Origin: a virus
Taxonomy: Duplodnaviria > Caudoviricetes
IMG/VR virus record: IMGVR_UViG_3300020577_014401
Span: 32,001 to 96,000 of that record
Length of the DNA: 64,000 bases
Reading direction: 5' to 3' (one strand)
Positions 55,234 through 64,000 of this stretch are shown piece after piece. The notes below the pieces were generated by a model that was given only the letters and a program-made list of their open reading frames with translations, was not told where the DNA came from and ran no database searches. Position 1 is the first letter of the stretch. The number at the start of each line of letters is the position of its first letter. The translations under genes and the position numbers were made by a program.

Positions 55234-55892
55234 GGACCAATTTCCACACCGATCCGTCGGCTTTCGGGGCGTCTCTGCCCGACAAGGATCGGAAACGGTT
55301 GGTGCTCGGCATCGACCTCGGCACCAACTGCGGCATTTCGTTCTCGCTGTACCAGCCCGGCGACCCGGTTTCCCCGTCGCTCATTCAAGCCCGTCACATG
55401 GGGCAGTGGGACCTGTCGGCCGGGCCGTATGACAGCGGGGCCATCCGATTTCTCCGGTTGCGGCATTTCCTGTCGGCGGTCCGGCCGGATCTGGTCTTTT
55501 ACGAAGATGTGAAGTTCGACCCGCCCGGCATCAACAAGATGAACGCCGGGGCTGTCTTGGCGCGGACGGCCACTTCGAGTGAGTTCTTGGGGGCGCTCAA
55601 GGCCACGGTTGCGACTTGGTGCGAGGAGCACGATGTTCCGTGTTCCGGATTCAAGATCGGTACGATCAAGAAGCGGGCCACCGGTCGTGGGAACGCCAAC
55701 AAGGAGCAGATGATCGAGGCCTGCAACAAGATGTTCGGGTCGTCGTTCGAGACCGAAGGGTACGAAACGACCGGCGTCGACAACATCGCGGACTCGGCGT
55801 TTGTGTGCCTTCTCGGTCTCGAGCAATATGCTGACGGTCTGCCGCCTGTCGGAGGAGACGTCGATGTCGGAACAGAAGAGGCTCAAGCCTGA
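55230..55892 (+). CDS. RuvC-like Holliday junction resolvase
   Basis: 'VLGIDLG', 'FYED', 'IKKRATGRGNANKEQM', 'DNIADS'. Confidence 0.88.
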   Translation: MRTNFHTDPSAFGASLPDKDRKRLVLGIDLGTNCGISFSLYQPGDPVSPSLIQARHMGQWDLSAGPYDSGAIRFLRLRHFLSAVRPDLVFYEDVKFDPPGINKMNAGAVLARTATSSEFLGALKATVATWCEEHDVPCSGFKIGTIKKRATGRGNANKEQMIEACNKMFGSSFETEGYETTGVDNIADSAFVCLLGLEQYADGLPPVGGDVDVGTEEAQA

Positions 55893-56520
55893 GTTTGTCG
55901 GCACCGCTGAGTTGCCGTGGTCCGAGGGGACTCACCGCGGCAACGATGTCAGCGACGACTTGGACACGGCTCTTCGGGAAGGTCGGTGGACTCTCACCGG
56001 CCTGGCCCAAGACCATGTCTTTTACTCGGCAGCTCTTCTGCAGATGAGCGGGGTTGTCGCAGACCCCGTCAGCATTTACTGGGCGGAAAACAATCTCGAT
56101 CTCAAGGAATCGCCGCTCTGCCTTCAAGTCGACAAGTGTTTGTTCCAGGGGTTGCCGGTTCCGATCGACCGCATGGTCTTCGCATGCCCCAAGCATCTGG
56201 CTGCCGGACTGCTGAGGTTCCTCGACCGGTTCGCGGTCGGGGACCCCTATCAGGGCAACTACTGGGAGTCTGTTCACCAAATCCGCAGTCTGGTCGACTG
56301 GAAGTTGGTCGGGAACATGACGGTCGTCCCCGATCGTCCTCCGTCCGTTGACATCCACATGTACGGGATGATGAACCGGGAAAAGATGCTTCTCTGGAGG
56401 AATCCGAAAGACCCATGGAAAGAAGCGATCTGGCTGGGGGAACTCCCCCGCCCCAAGAAACGGAAAACCGAGGAGTCGAACAACCGTCGGTCGAACCCGA
56501 GGTTCGGGCCGGCCCGGTGA
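55864..56520 (+). CDS. Hypothetical protein
   Basis: GGAGGAG SD. Confidence 0.65.
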   Translation: MSEQKRLKPEFVGTAELPWSEGTHRGNDVSDDLDTALREGRWTLTGLAQDHVFYSAALLQMSGVVADPVSIYWAENNLDLKESPLCLQVDKCLFQGLPVPIDRMVFACPKHLAAGLLRFLDRFAVGDPYQGNYWESVHQIRSLVDWKLVGNMTVVPDRPPSVDIHMYGMMNREKMLLWRNPKDPWKEAIWLGELPRPKKRKTEESNNRRSNPRFGPAR

Positions 56521-56843
56521 CTGATCGGTTCCGGTACCACATGCTGACTGTCGATGGCCCGACCGGCATCCCGGTTTTCAAGTCGTTTGAAAAGAAGGAA
56601 GAACTGGTCGCGGCCGTCCGGGAGTATTACCGCCGCGTCATGAGCGGGGACTTCGGTGTTTCCCAATCCATTTGGATGTTCGAAGGGCACCGGATTCGGA
56701 TGGTCGGCGACCCCATTCGCAGGCTCTTGTTCGAGGACGGTTCGCGAGAGATCGTCATCGATGAGGCTCCCATGGCGGCCGACGAGACCAAGCTCCTGCC
56801 CCCGTCGGTGCGAATCAAGTTGCTCCCCAAGCCGCCCGTCTAA
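56517..56843 (+). CDS. Hypothetical protein
   Basis: GTGA coupling to upstream gene. Confidence 0.55.
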   Translation: MTDRFRYHMLTVDGPTGIPVFKSFEKKEELVAAVREYYRRVMSGDFGVSQSIWMFEGHRIRMVGDPIRRLLFEDGSREIVIDEAPMAADETKLLPPSVRIKLLPKPPV

Positions 56844-56917
56844 ACAGATTCGTCAACCTCGTCATTATTGTTCGAGCGGCCGTGTTCGGCCGTTTCATCA
56901 CCATGAGGGGGTTCGAC

Positions 56918-57754
56918 ATGTCGCAGCAGCAACAGGCGGAACGGAAGCAGCACCGCGAGGGGCTCGATCAGACGGTCGAGAAGCGGGTGCAATTGTTGCG
57001 GGATCGCGCGGCGTCCCAGTACGTGTTCGGCGACGAGCAGCACACCATCTTTTCGTGGGCCGGCGGCGTCGACGGCCGCTGGTCTTCCACCGTGGAGATC
57101 GGCAATGTCAGGCGGTACCTGCGCAACCTGGCGGTGATCGCCGTCGGCTACTCCGGGTGCCCCGACAAGAATTCGGCCGGCGCTCCGGAACTCGTCACCG
57201 CCATCGCTCCGGTGCGGTTCGAGTCGCTCGGCGACGCGGGCGGTGTCGACGTGTTCATCGAGACGCCACCGGAGGTCCGGACCTTCTCCAAGTCCCGGAA
57301 CTTCGACCGGCATCCGTTCGGGCACATCGAAGAACGGTGGACGGCGGCGGCCGGTTTCCTCGCCGAGCAGCTGATGACTCTGCTGACTCACGCCCGCGGC
57401 GAGTCGATCCGGCAGAATCATCTTCTCTACGGGAAGACAGCGGTCCGGTTCCCCAAACTGACCGTCACCATCCCGGGTGAGACGAACGCCGATGGCATTC
57501 CGTCCGTTCCGCAGTACGTCCATCTCGACACGCTCAGCGACTCCCAGTTGGATCAACTGATGTCGCTCGTCACTCCCGAGTTGGTGTGCTTCGACATGGA
57601 CACGCTCGGCCACGCGTACGACATCCGCGGTTGGGACAAGTCCAACCAGCGGCTTCGTCCGGAGTACAGTGTCTGCCCGTGGTTCGTGATGCCGACGAAC
57701 ATCCGCACGGTGTTCGCCGACGTCGGTGTCGGGACGGCTCGCTGGTGGATGTGA
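56918..57754 (+). CDS. Hypothetical protein
   Basis: GAGGGGG SD before ATG 56918. Confidence 0.7.
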   Translation: MSQQQQAERKQHREGLDQTVEKRVQLLRDRAASQYVFGDEQHTIFSWAGGVDGRWSSTVEIGNVRRYLRNLAVIAVGYSGCPDKNSAGAPELVTAIAPVRFESLGDAGGVDVFIETPPEVRTFSKSRNFDRHPFGHIEERWTAAAGFLAEQLMTLLTHARGESIRQNHLLYGKTAVRFPKLTVTIPGETNADGIPSVPQYVHLDTLSDSQLDQLMSLVTPELVCFDMDTLGHAYDIRGWDKSNQRLRPEYSVCPWFVMPTNIRTVFADVGVGTARWWM

Positions 57755-57791
57755 AAACCACTGGCAGCTCTGTCGAGTTGCAACTATACTT

Positions 57792-57822
57792 GGTGTGCGG
57801 TCTTACGACCGCACGCCTTTTT
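57792..57822 (+). terminator. Rho-independent terminator
   Basis: GGTGTGCGGTC-TTAC-GACCGCACGCC-TTTTT. Confidence 0.8.
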
Positions 57823-57862
57823 CTTAGCCGTTGTCGACACCAAGGTTTGAGGCGACGCCCAG

Positions 57863-58651
57863 ATGTACGGGACCGACATCTCCGATATCCCCATCCTGGA
57901 CGACCAAGAACAAGTTGACGACCATGTCGACGACTTGGCCGGAGACGACGCCCAACTTCGACGGATGCTGGAGGACGACAGTCCTTCCGACGAGCAACTC
58001 CGGTTCGTCGGCGCCGGCGGTTGGCTGGCTCCACCGTCGGACCGTTCCGACTGTGGCGGCATCCCCAAAGGCATGCCGACCGACAAAGTCGACGGTCACA
58101 AGATCGAAGTGTTCCGGTTCAACGACAAGGGCGGCCAGTCCTTGATGGCGGAATACTCGATCGACGGGCTCAACGACCAAGATGTCCGGGAGATCTTCGA
58201 CAAGTACAAACTCAAGGACGGTGAATCGCGATCCCTGCAAGAATCCACCATGAACGCCATCAAGGCGATGCAGGAAGTCCAGAAGCTGAAACAGTCCAAG
58301 CGGAAAGCCGCGGCACTTCCCAAGGCTGGACGCACTTCCCAACACCGAGAGACGGCAACCATGCCTGAACCGCGTAAATCCCGTGTCGAGGTCGCTTTCG
58401 ATTTCGGCGGTCTCGACGGAGTCCGCCGAGCCAGGTACACCGACGCCTACGTTTCCGACTCGCTTCTCGTTCTTGTGGCCGATGACAGCCTCGTCGATTC
58501 CGGTGTCTGGGAGCCGCCCGATCTCGGCCCCGAGGTCAAGTTCGAAGTGAAAATCTCCGGCCACCCGGAGCCGCTTCGTGTGTTTTCCTGTGGACTCCGG
58601 CATCAGTATGGTGGCAACATGTTCTACTTGTTGTTCCTCGACGCCAGTTGA
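57863..58651 (+). CDS. Hypothetical protein
   Basis: Acidic N-terminus; coupled to the portal candidate. Confidence 0.65.
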   Translation: MYGTDISDIPILDDQEQVDDHVDDLAGDDAQLRRMLEDDSPSDEQLRFVGAGGWLAPPSDRSDCGGIPKGMPTDKVDGHKIEVFRFNDKGGQSLMAEYSIDGLNDQDVREIFDKYKLKDGESRSLQESTMNAIKAMQEVQKLKQSKRKAAALPKAGRTSQHRETATMPEPRKSRVEVAFDFGGLDGVRRARYTDAYVSDSLLVLVADDSLVDSGVWEPPDLGPEVKFEVKISGHPEPLRVFSCGLRHQYGGNMFYLLFLDAS

Positions 58652-60630
58652 GTGAGGCCGCCATTAACTTCTACGGCCATTCCCCGGTCATCAACCCGTC
58701 GTTCGACGGCGTCGCCCCGTTTGCGGACCCGTATTGGGATTACGCGGCCGGGCTGATGCCGGTGAGCGTGCCCGGGATGCTCCGCCACGCCGAGTGGTTC
58801 AGCATCTCCGATGACACGCTGCGGTCGGCTTACAACCGTGCGGCGTCTTACTTCCTCACGGACATCAAGGTTGAAGGTGAGATCGGCGGGGACGAGAAGA
58901 AACGGCAGAAGGAATATCTCGTCGACCAGGCCCAGGTCCCTTCGTTTCTTCACAAGTCCGCGATCGATTTGCTCACCTACGCGAACAGCTATTCCAGCGT
59001 CTTCCACCCGATCATGCGGTACGTTTCGTGCCCGGGGTACATCAAGGACGGGTCGGCCCCGGCGAGGCGATGTGGATCACGGTGGCGGCTTGCCGAGTTC
59101 GACACCAATCCGGTGTTCGATTTCAGTTGGAGGGCCGGCATCTACGGGCGGTGCCCGCGGTGCGGGTACTCGGGTGTATTCCACGACAAGGACCGCCCCC
59201 CTGTCGATGAGCTCGACTCGTCCCGGCCTCTGATCTTGAAGAGGTGGAACCCTCACGACATCCGTCCGGTTTACAACTCGGCGCTCGAGACCACGGCGGC
59301 CTTCGACTGGGTCATCCCGGCCGATGTCAGGACGGACGCCAAGCTGGGCGTCAACAAGCCGTTCCTCGAGGATACTCCTTGGGAATGGATCATGGCGGCT
59401 TGCGGCAACGACAACGTCAGGTTCACCAAGGACTTGATCTACCACTGGGTCGAGGGCACGCTCGCGGGTATCCGTACCCGCGGGATCGGCATTCCTCGCG
59501 CCATCGTCAGTTATCGAAGGGCGATTTACCACCGGATTTTGCAGCGGATGAACGAGGTGCTCGCTTACGGGCATGTCGTGCCGATGCGGACGATCAGCCC
59601 CGCCAACACCAGCGGCAGGGACGATCAGGGTGACATTCTCAAAGTCAGCCACATGGGCGGGGTGAAGGCGAACGTCAATCGCATGATTGCAGCCTGGAGG
59701 GCCGATCCGTCGAGCATCCATTTCTCGCCGGTCCCGCTCCAGTTCCAGTCGCTTGGTGCCGACGCCCGGCAGCTGATCCCGGCGGACATCATCAACCAGG
59801 CTCAAGAGGGTTTGCTCAACGGCATCGACATGCCGGTCGATTTCTACCGGTCCAACATGACCATGCAGAACGCTCCGGCCGGTCTTCGGTTGGTCGAATC
59901 GGTTTGGACGCAGTTCGTCGCCGGCATGAACGGACTTCTCAAGTTCATCGGGGGGCGAGCTCAGTTCCTTCTGAAGTGGCAGGAGGCGTCTTACAAGATG
60001 GCCCGCGTCACTTTGATCGACTCGATTGAGAAGAGCCAGTTGCGGGTCCAGATGGCCCAGGCCGGTCTCATCAGCCGCAGCACGGCGTTGGAAGAAGTCG
60101 ACAAGGATTTCACCGACGAGACTCGGCTCAAACTCGACGATCAACGGACCGAGCAGCGGCTCCAGCAGGAGTTCGAGGAGGAGAACGACGCCTACGCGTT
60201 CAGCCGGCAGCTCGCCGGTCTCCAAGGCTCGTTCCCCGGCGCTCCGGGTGCGGCCGGCGGCGGCCAGCCGGCCCCCGCGGGCGGGGGTGGAGGCGGCGGC
60301 GGTCAGCCGGATCCGAGTCAGCAAGCCGGGCCGGGTGGGCCGCAGCAACTCGCCGGAACTCCGGCCGGACAGAATCCTTTGCAGTCGATGATTCCCCAGC
60401 CGGGTAATAAGATCGATCCCAGGGAATATATGGCGATGGCTCAGCAGGCCGCGAAGTACCTGCTGACGATCGACGAGTCGCAGCGTTACCAGATGCTCCG
60501 GCAGATCGAACAAGCCAACCCTGATTTCCATGTGGTGGTCAAGGCTCAGCTCGAGAAGTCTCGATCCAAGATGAAGAGCCAAGGGTACCAGATGGTCCAG
60601 TCTCAAATGTCTCAAGGCGGCCAAAGGTGA
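58648..60630 (+). CDS. Putative portal protein with Zn-ribbon insertion
   Basis: 660 aa; 'DLLTYANSY', 'RGIGIPRAI', helical body, 'GLISRSTAL', Gly/Gln/Pro tail; recognised by architecture only. Confidence 0.55.
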   Translation: MSEAAINFYGHSPVINPSFDGVAPFADPYWDYAAGLMPVSVPGMLRHAEWFSISDDTLRSAYNRAASYFLTDIKVEGEIGGDEKKRQKEYLVDQAQVPSFLHKSAIDLLTYANSYSSVFHPIMRYVSCPGYIKDGSAPARRCGSRWRLAEFDTNPVFDFSWRAGIYGRCPRCGYSGVFHDKDRPPVDELDSSRPLILKRWNPHDIRPVYNSALETTAAFDWVIPADVRTDAKLGVNKPFLEDTPWEWIMAACGNDNVRFTKDLIYHWVEGTLAGIRTRGIGIPRAIVSYRRAIYHRILQRMNEVLAYGHVVPMRTISPANTSGRDDQGDILKVSHMGGVKANVNRMIAAWRADPSSIHFSPVPLQFQSLGADARQLIPADIINQAQEGLLNGIDMPVDFYRSNMTMQNAPAGLRLVESVWTQFVAGMNGLLKFIGGRAQFLLKWQEASYKMARVTLIDSIEKSQLRVQMAQAGLISRSTALEEVDKDFTDETRLKLDDQRTEQRLQQEFEEENDAYAFSRQLAGLQGSFPGAPGAAGGGQPAPAGGGGGGGGQPDPSQQAGPGGPQQLAGTPAGQNPLQSMIPQPGNKIDPREYMAMAQQAAKYLLTIDESQRYQMLRQIEQANPDFHVVVKAQLEKSRSKMKSQGYQMVQSQMSQGGQR

Positions 60631-60720
60631 GTTCTTGACGAGCTCGAGAATTGATTCTGGAGGCCGTCAAGGCCACCTAGAAAAACCAAACAACAAGGCC
60701 AATAAACACCGGGGGTTCGC

Positions 60721-61656
60721 GTGTCGTCGACGCACAATCGGTCGTATTGCCCGGTCTGCGGCAATACGCTTTTCTTCAACACCATCTCTTCCAAACCTCA
60801 CGTCGCCGTGCAGTGCGATGTGTGCAAACTCGGGATCGAATCGCACTTGGCGATCCGGCCCGATGCATACCTCCGCAAGCAGTATGACCAGGTGCGGGAC
60901 GCCGGGGCCGGTGCCGATCGATGGGCCAGGTTTCACCATGACTCCGCAGTGGCCGCTCTCCGGTTCTCCCAATTGTCCGATGCGATATCCGGCTATTCGC
61001 GAGGTGCCGTCTGGGTCGACGTCGGCTGCGGCAACGGAGCGCTCTTGTGCGAGGCCCGCCGGCTTGGGTGGATCCCTTGCGGGATTGAGAGCGACCCTGG
61101 TACTTGCGAAGAGATCAAGTCCATGACCGGTGTGCCGGTCTTTCCATATTCGAGCTGGGTCGATTTCTCGATCGGCCGCGCCTCGGTCGGGTTGGTCGAC
61201 GTTGTGTCGTTTTTCGACTCGCTGGAGCACATGCTGGACCCGGTCGGTGCTGTTCTCGTGGCCGCCAGCCGCCTGTCCAGCCGGGGTGCGATCGTCATCG
61301 AAGCCCCCGATCTCGGTGGCGGCCCGGTCGACGAGTTGTGGTTCCGCGACTGGAAGCATCGCCGCGTGATCGAAGAGTTCACTGAACACATTTGGCACTT
61401 CTCCCACCGGTCTCTCGAAGAGCTGCGGAAAAGGCATCTGCCGGAGTTCGAGTCGGTCCTGACCGCCTCTCCCCTTGAGGGCCGACTTCAGGTTGTCTGG
61501 CGGGCACCGGCAAGCTCCAAGGGAAGCCCCGAGCTCGATTTCGAGGATGAGGTCTCGCAACTCATCCGTGACCAGCGTGTCGAAGTTGAGGCTCGGAAGG
61601 AGCCCGAAGAGCCGCAATCGTTGGCGTTCACTCTGGACACTCTCAACATCAAGTGA
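60721..61656 (+). CDS. Class I SAM-dependent methyltransferase with N-terminal Zn finger (sugar-modification type)
   Basis: CPVC...CDVC; 'VDVGCGNG'; 'FDSLEHMLDP'; 'EHIWHFS'. Confidence 0.88.
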   Translation: MSSTHNRSYCPVCGNTLFFNTISSKPHVAVQCDVCKLGIESHLAIRPDAYLRKQYDQVRDAGAGADRWARFHHDSAVAALRFSQLSDAISGYSRGAVWVDVGCGNGALLCEARRLGWIPCGIESDPGTCEEIKSMTGVPVFPYSSWVDFSIGRASVGLVDVVSFFDSLEHMLDPVGAVLVAASRLSSRGAIVIEAPDLGGGPVDELWFRDWKHRRVIEEFTEHIWHFSHRSLEELRKRHLPEFESVLTASPLEGRLQVVWRAPASSKGSPELDFEDEVSQLIRDQRVEVEARKEPEEPQSLAFTLDTLNIK

Positions 61657-61663
61657 GCACATC

Positions 61664-63109
61664 GTGGATCGGACTGAGAGCCAACTTGCTGTCGAGCGTC
61701 CGGAACCCGACCCGGACGTCCCTTGCTATTGGATCAAGATCCATGGCGGCCTCGGTGACGCGATCTGGTTGATGAAGAAAGCGGTCAACTTTCCGCTCCC
61801 GTTGCACATTTCGATCTCGAGTGAGAACCGCTCCCGACCCCGGCGATCCGCCGATCTCGTCCGGCACCTGCCGAATGTGATCAGTTGGAACTATGACACG
61901 ACTTCGTTTTGCCCCGACACGGGGCAGGACTGGCCGCCGCAGAACGACCCTTGCTGCGCGATGAAGAAGAAGTTCTCCCAGCTCGACATCCGCCCGAATG
62001 TGAAAACCAGGCTCGAGTGCAACCGGTGGCTTGAAGGCGGCCGCCGGATCGAAGATTGGTTGCCGGACATCAAGACTGAGCATCATTTCGAGTTCAAGCC
62101 GTGCGGTCCGCCGACGTTGGACATCAAGACCCCCAATGTCATCCTTCATCTGGCCGGTTGGCCTGATGTCGCGGATGATGTGTGGACCGCCGCAGCCGAT
62201 CTGTTCAGGGCCAAGTGCCACGTCTACATCGTCGGAGGGTCGTACGATTTCCGCCCGCGGAGGATTCACGCTGCGGTCAACCGATGCTTGCCCGGCGTGT
62301 CGCTGATTGAAGACACGTCCTGGGAGAATTTGGTGGGCTTGCTCAAGTCGACGACGTTTTGTTTCGGGCACGCTTCCGGTTTCACGGCTTTGGCCGACGT
62401 GCTCAAAGTCCCCGGGGCCACTTTCAACCCGAGGGCTGTTCCGGGGCTGATCGGTAGTTGGAACAGCAAGCAGTACGATGGCATGCTGCATGTCGATCGG
62501 AATTCTGATTTCCAAAACGCCATCGGTTCGGCGATGAAGTTTTGGGAGTCGTCCGGGACGGCGACTTGGCCGCTCACGGCCAAGATCGGACCGAAAATCT
62601 CCCTCGACAACCGGACATCCGGATCGGAGGCCGCCCGTGCTGTCCGGGCCGCGTGTTCGATGGGGGCTCGTAATTCCCTCGTCTGGTCCGTCGACAAGGA
62701 AGCCCCGGACGACATTCCGGCCGCAGTGCTGGACGGCGCTTACAGCTGTGGCAAGATCGTTCGTCGTTTGGACATCGTTGGCTTCAATGAATTGGCGCTG
62801 GCCCGTGCTTACAAGGAGACCTCTCGGTCGACGGCCAAGCCTTTGATCGATGTCCATTTCACTTGGCCGATCTCCAATTCCGATGACTCTTACGATTTGG
62901 CGGTCGTCTACTGCTCCGAGAGGGCGGTTGAGTCGTCGGATGCCTGCCGACAGGCGTGGGCCAGGTTGTCCTCGAACGGGACGATCCTCATCGGCGGGGC
63001 GTCATCGAAAACCGCGTCGGAAACTTTGGCTGCGACGTTGAGGACCAAGGCCGCTCAGGTTGCGGACTCCGATGAGTGGTACTACTTGCATCGCAGGCTG
63101 GGAGCTTAG
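61664..63109 (+). CDS. GT9-like glycosyltransferase with degenerate C-terminal methyltransferase-like domain
   Basis: 'HGGLGDAIW', 'FCFGHASGFTALA...VP'; C-terminal 'YDLAVV...AWARLSSNGTILIG'. Confidence 0.65.
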   Translation: MDRTESQLAVERPEPDPDVPCYWIKIHGGLGDAIWLMKKAVNFPLPLHISISSENRSRPRRSADLVRHLPNVISWNYDTTSFCPDTGQDWPPQNDPCCAMKKKFSQLDIRPNVKTRLECNRWLEGGRRIEDWLPDIKTEHHFEFKPCGPPTLDIKTPNVILHLAGWPDVADDVWTAAADLFRAKCHVYIVGGSYDFRPRRIHAAVNRCLPGVSLIEDTSWENLVGLLKSTTFCFGHASGFTALADVLKVPGATFNPRAVPGLIGSWNSKQYDGMLHVDRNSDFQNAIGSAMKFWESSGTATWPLTAKIGPKISLDNRTSGSEAARAVRAACSMGARNSLVWSVDKEAPDDIPAAVLDGAYSCGKIVRRLDIVGFNELALARAYKETSRSTAKPLIDVHFTWPISNSDDSYDLAVVYCSERAVESSDACRQAWARLSSNGTILIGGASSKTASETLAATLRTKAAQVADSDEWYYLHRRLGA

Positions 63110-63179
63110 GCTTGATCCGTTCGACCGGGATCGGTCATAATCACGATTCGACTCCAATGACCGGAAGGGGAATCGGATC

Positions 63180-63359
63180 ATGAATCAGGAACAGATCGGC
63201 AAAAGCCTGGCTTTCGAACTCGGGTCGGCTGTCGAAGTCGTCAAGTACGCGTACGAGCAGCCGACCGAGGCCGCCTGCGAACAGGTGCTCAGCAAACTCA
63301 CGCCCGATCACATCGAACTGGTGCAACGGTATCAGGCCGCCGTCAACCAGCGAAACTGA
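63180..63359 (+). CDS. Small hypothetical protein (59 aa, not in the ORF track)
   Basis: GAAGGGG SD; MNQEQIGKSLAFELG...QRN*. Confidence 0.55.
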   Translation: MNQEQIGKSLAFELGSAVEVVKYAYEQPTEAACEQVLSKLTPDHIELVQRYQAAVNQRN

Positions 63360-63398
63360 TCGTTGGCCGGACGCACCTGACGCCGTGGAGCCCCGGTT

Positions 63399-64000
63399 GT
63401 GGCTGAACCTGTACCGTACGCGCCGGCCGCCCCCGGCGCTTTCAACCCCCAGCTCCCCGGACAACCGGCCCCTAACCAGGCCATGCCCGGGTTCGGGGGT
63501 TCGTTCGCACCCGGGGCCAATTTCAATTTCGATCCCCTCTCCGGCATCAACGCCCGATTGAAGGCTCCGGCCGGGACCCAGTCTGCACCTCCGGCCGCCC
63601 AGCAGCCGCAAATTCAACAGCAGTCGCCACCATCGACCTCCATGCGTTCGATTGGTGAAGACGCCGCGAATCGGTTCCTGTTCGGCGGCGGCCGTCCGCT
63701 GTCGCCGCCTCCGGCTGCTGGCCCGTCGAACGGCGTGTTTGACCCCGAGACCGGCGCCGGATTCGTTCCGCAGCCTCAGAACGCTTTCGGGCGATGGGCC
63801 GACCGCCAACTCAATTCCGTCAACGACTGGATGCTGGGTGGTCAGCAGGAAGCCAGGGATCTCGTCAATTCGTCCTCGCCGAGTGAGTTTCTCGGGCGAG
63901 CTTGGAATGCACTCCCCAATGATCCGAAACTGCCCAACACGTTGGGCGATTACGCTGTCACAGCCGCGAACGGTCTTCCGTTCGGCCCCAAGGATATCCG
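63399..64000 (+). CDS. Pro/Gly/Gln-rich protein, 3'-partial
   Basis: GGAG SD + GTG; open to the window end (MAEPVPYAPAAPG...). Confidence 0.6.
   Translation, partial: MAEPVPYAPAAPGAFNPQLPGQPAPNQAMPGFGGSFAPGANFNFDPLSGINARLKAPAGTQSAPPAAQQPQIQQQSPPSTSMRSIGEDAANRFLFGGGRPLSPPPAAGPSNGVFDPETGAGFVPQPQNAFGRWADRQLNSVNDWMLGGQQEARDLVNSSSPSEFLGRAWNALPNDPKLPNTLGDYAVTAANGLPFGPKDI

Noticed and set aside
60634-60671. Imperfect hairpin after the portal candidate as a terminator
   Set aside because: CTTGACG/CGTCAAG stem is present but has no U-tract on the plus strand; function not supportable
1-64000. Genome-wide stop-codon reassignment (prompted by in-frame TGA junctions at 602, 1684 and 13161)
   Set aside because: Conserved enzymes are intact under the standard code, and many TGA stops overlap the next start (ATGA/TGATG)
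1-64000. Abundance of TCGA/GTCGAC/CGATCG as a dispersed repeat
   Set aside because: Explained by preferred codon pairs (GTC/ATC/CTC followed by GAC/GAG/GAT) in GC-rich coding DNA; not quantified
1-64000. tRNA, rRNA, integrase, introns or inteins
   Set aside because: None recognised by eye; polymerase, helicases and terminase appear uninterrupted. tRNAscan/Infernal would be needed to exclude them

Overview
GC-rich (roughly 60-65% by eye), densely coding segment of a large tailed (myovirus-like, probably jumbo) bacteriophage. No host housekeeping operons, rRNA or tRNA were seen. In order: tail/baseplate genes with an embedded sigma-70-type factor (1-7.4 kb); an exported-protein/papain-like peptidase/membrane-protein cassette with an inserted HNH gene (7.4-10.9 kb); two Cys-rich, poly-Thr (mucin-like) proteins, a BolA-like gene and three glycosyltransferase genes (10.9-19.7 kb); a MoxR-type AAA/VWA module; an isolated reverse-strand terminase large subunit; a structured non-coding region followed by a Rep_1/HUH-like ORF (32.1-33.6 kb); hldE; a long DNA-metabolism run (SbcD/SbcC, SF2 helicase, DnaB-like helicase, primase, UDG-fused PolA, SSB candidate, RecA-like, Dam-like, DEDDh exonuclease, RuvC-like); a portal candidate; and a second methyltransferase/GT9 pair. 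Best leads: (1) a phage-encoded glycosylation/heptosylation system acting on mucin-like proteins whose Thr runs are almost always exactly six residues; (2) a programmed -1 frameshift giving a Zn-finger isoform of an exported protein; (3) a repeat pair + structured RNA + HUH-Rep-like locus; (4) a 12-bp palindromic motif ATAKCCGGMTAT found at least nine times. All family calls come from reading motifs, not from database searches. A Planctomycetota host is only an inference.
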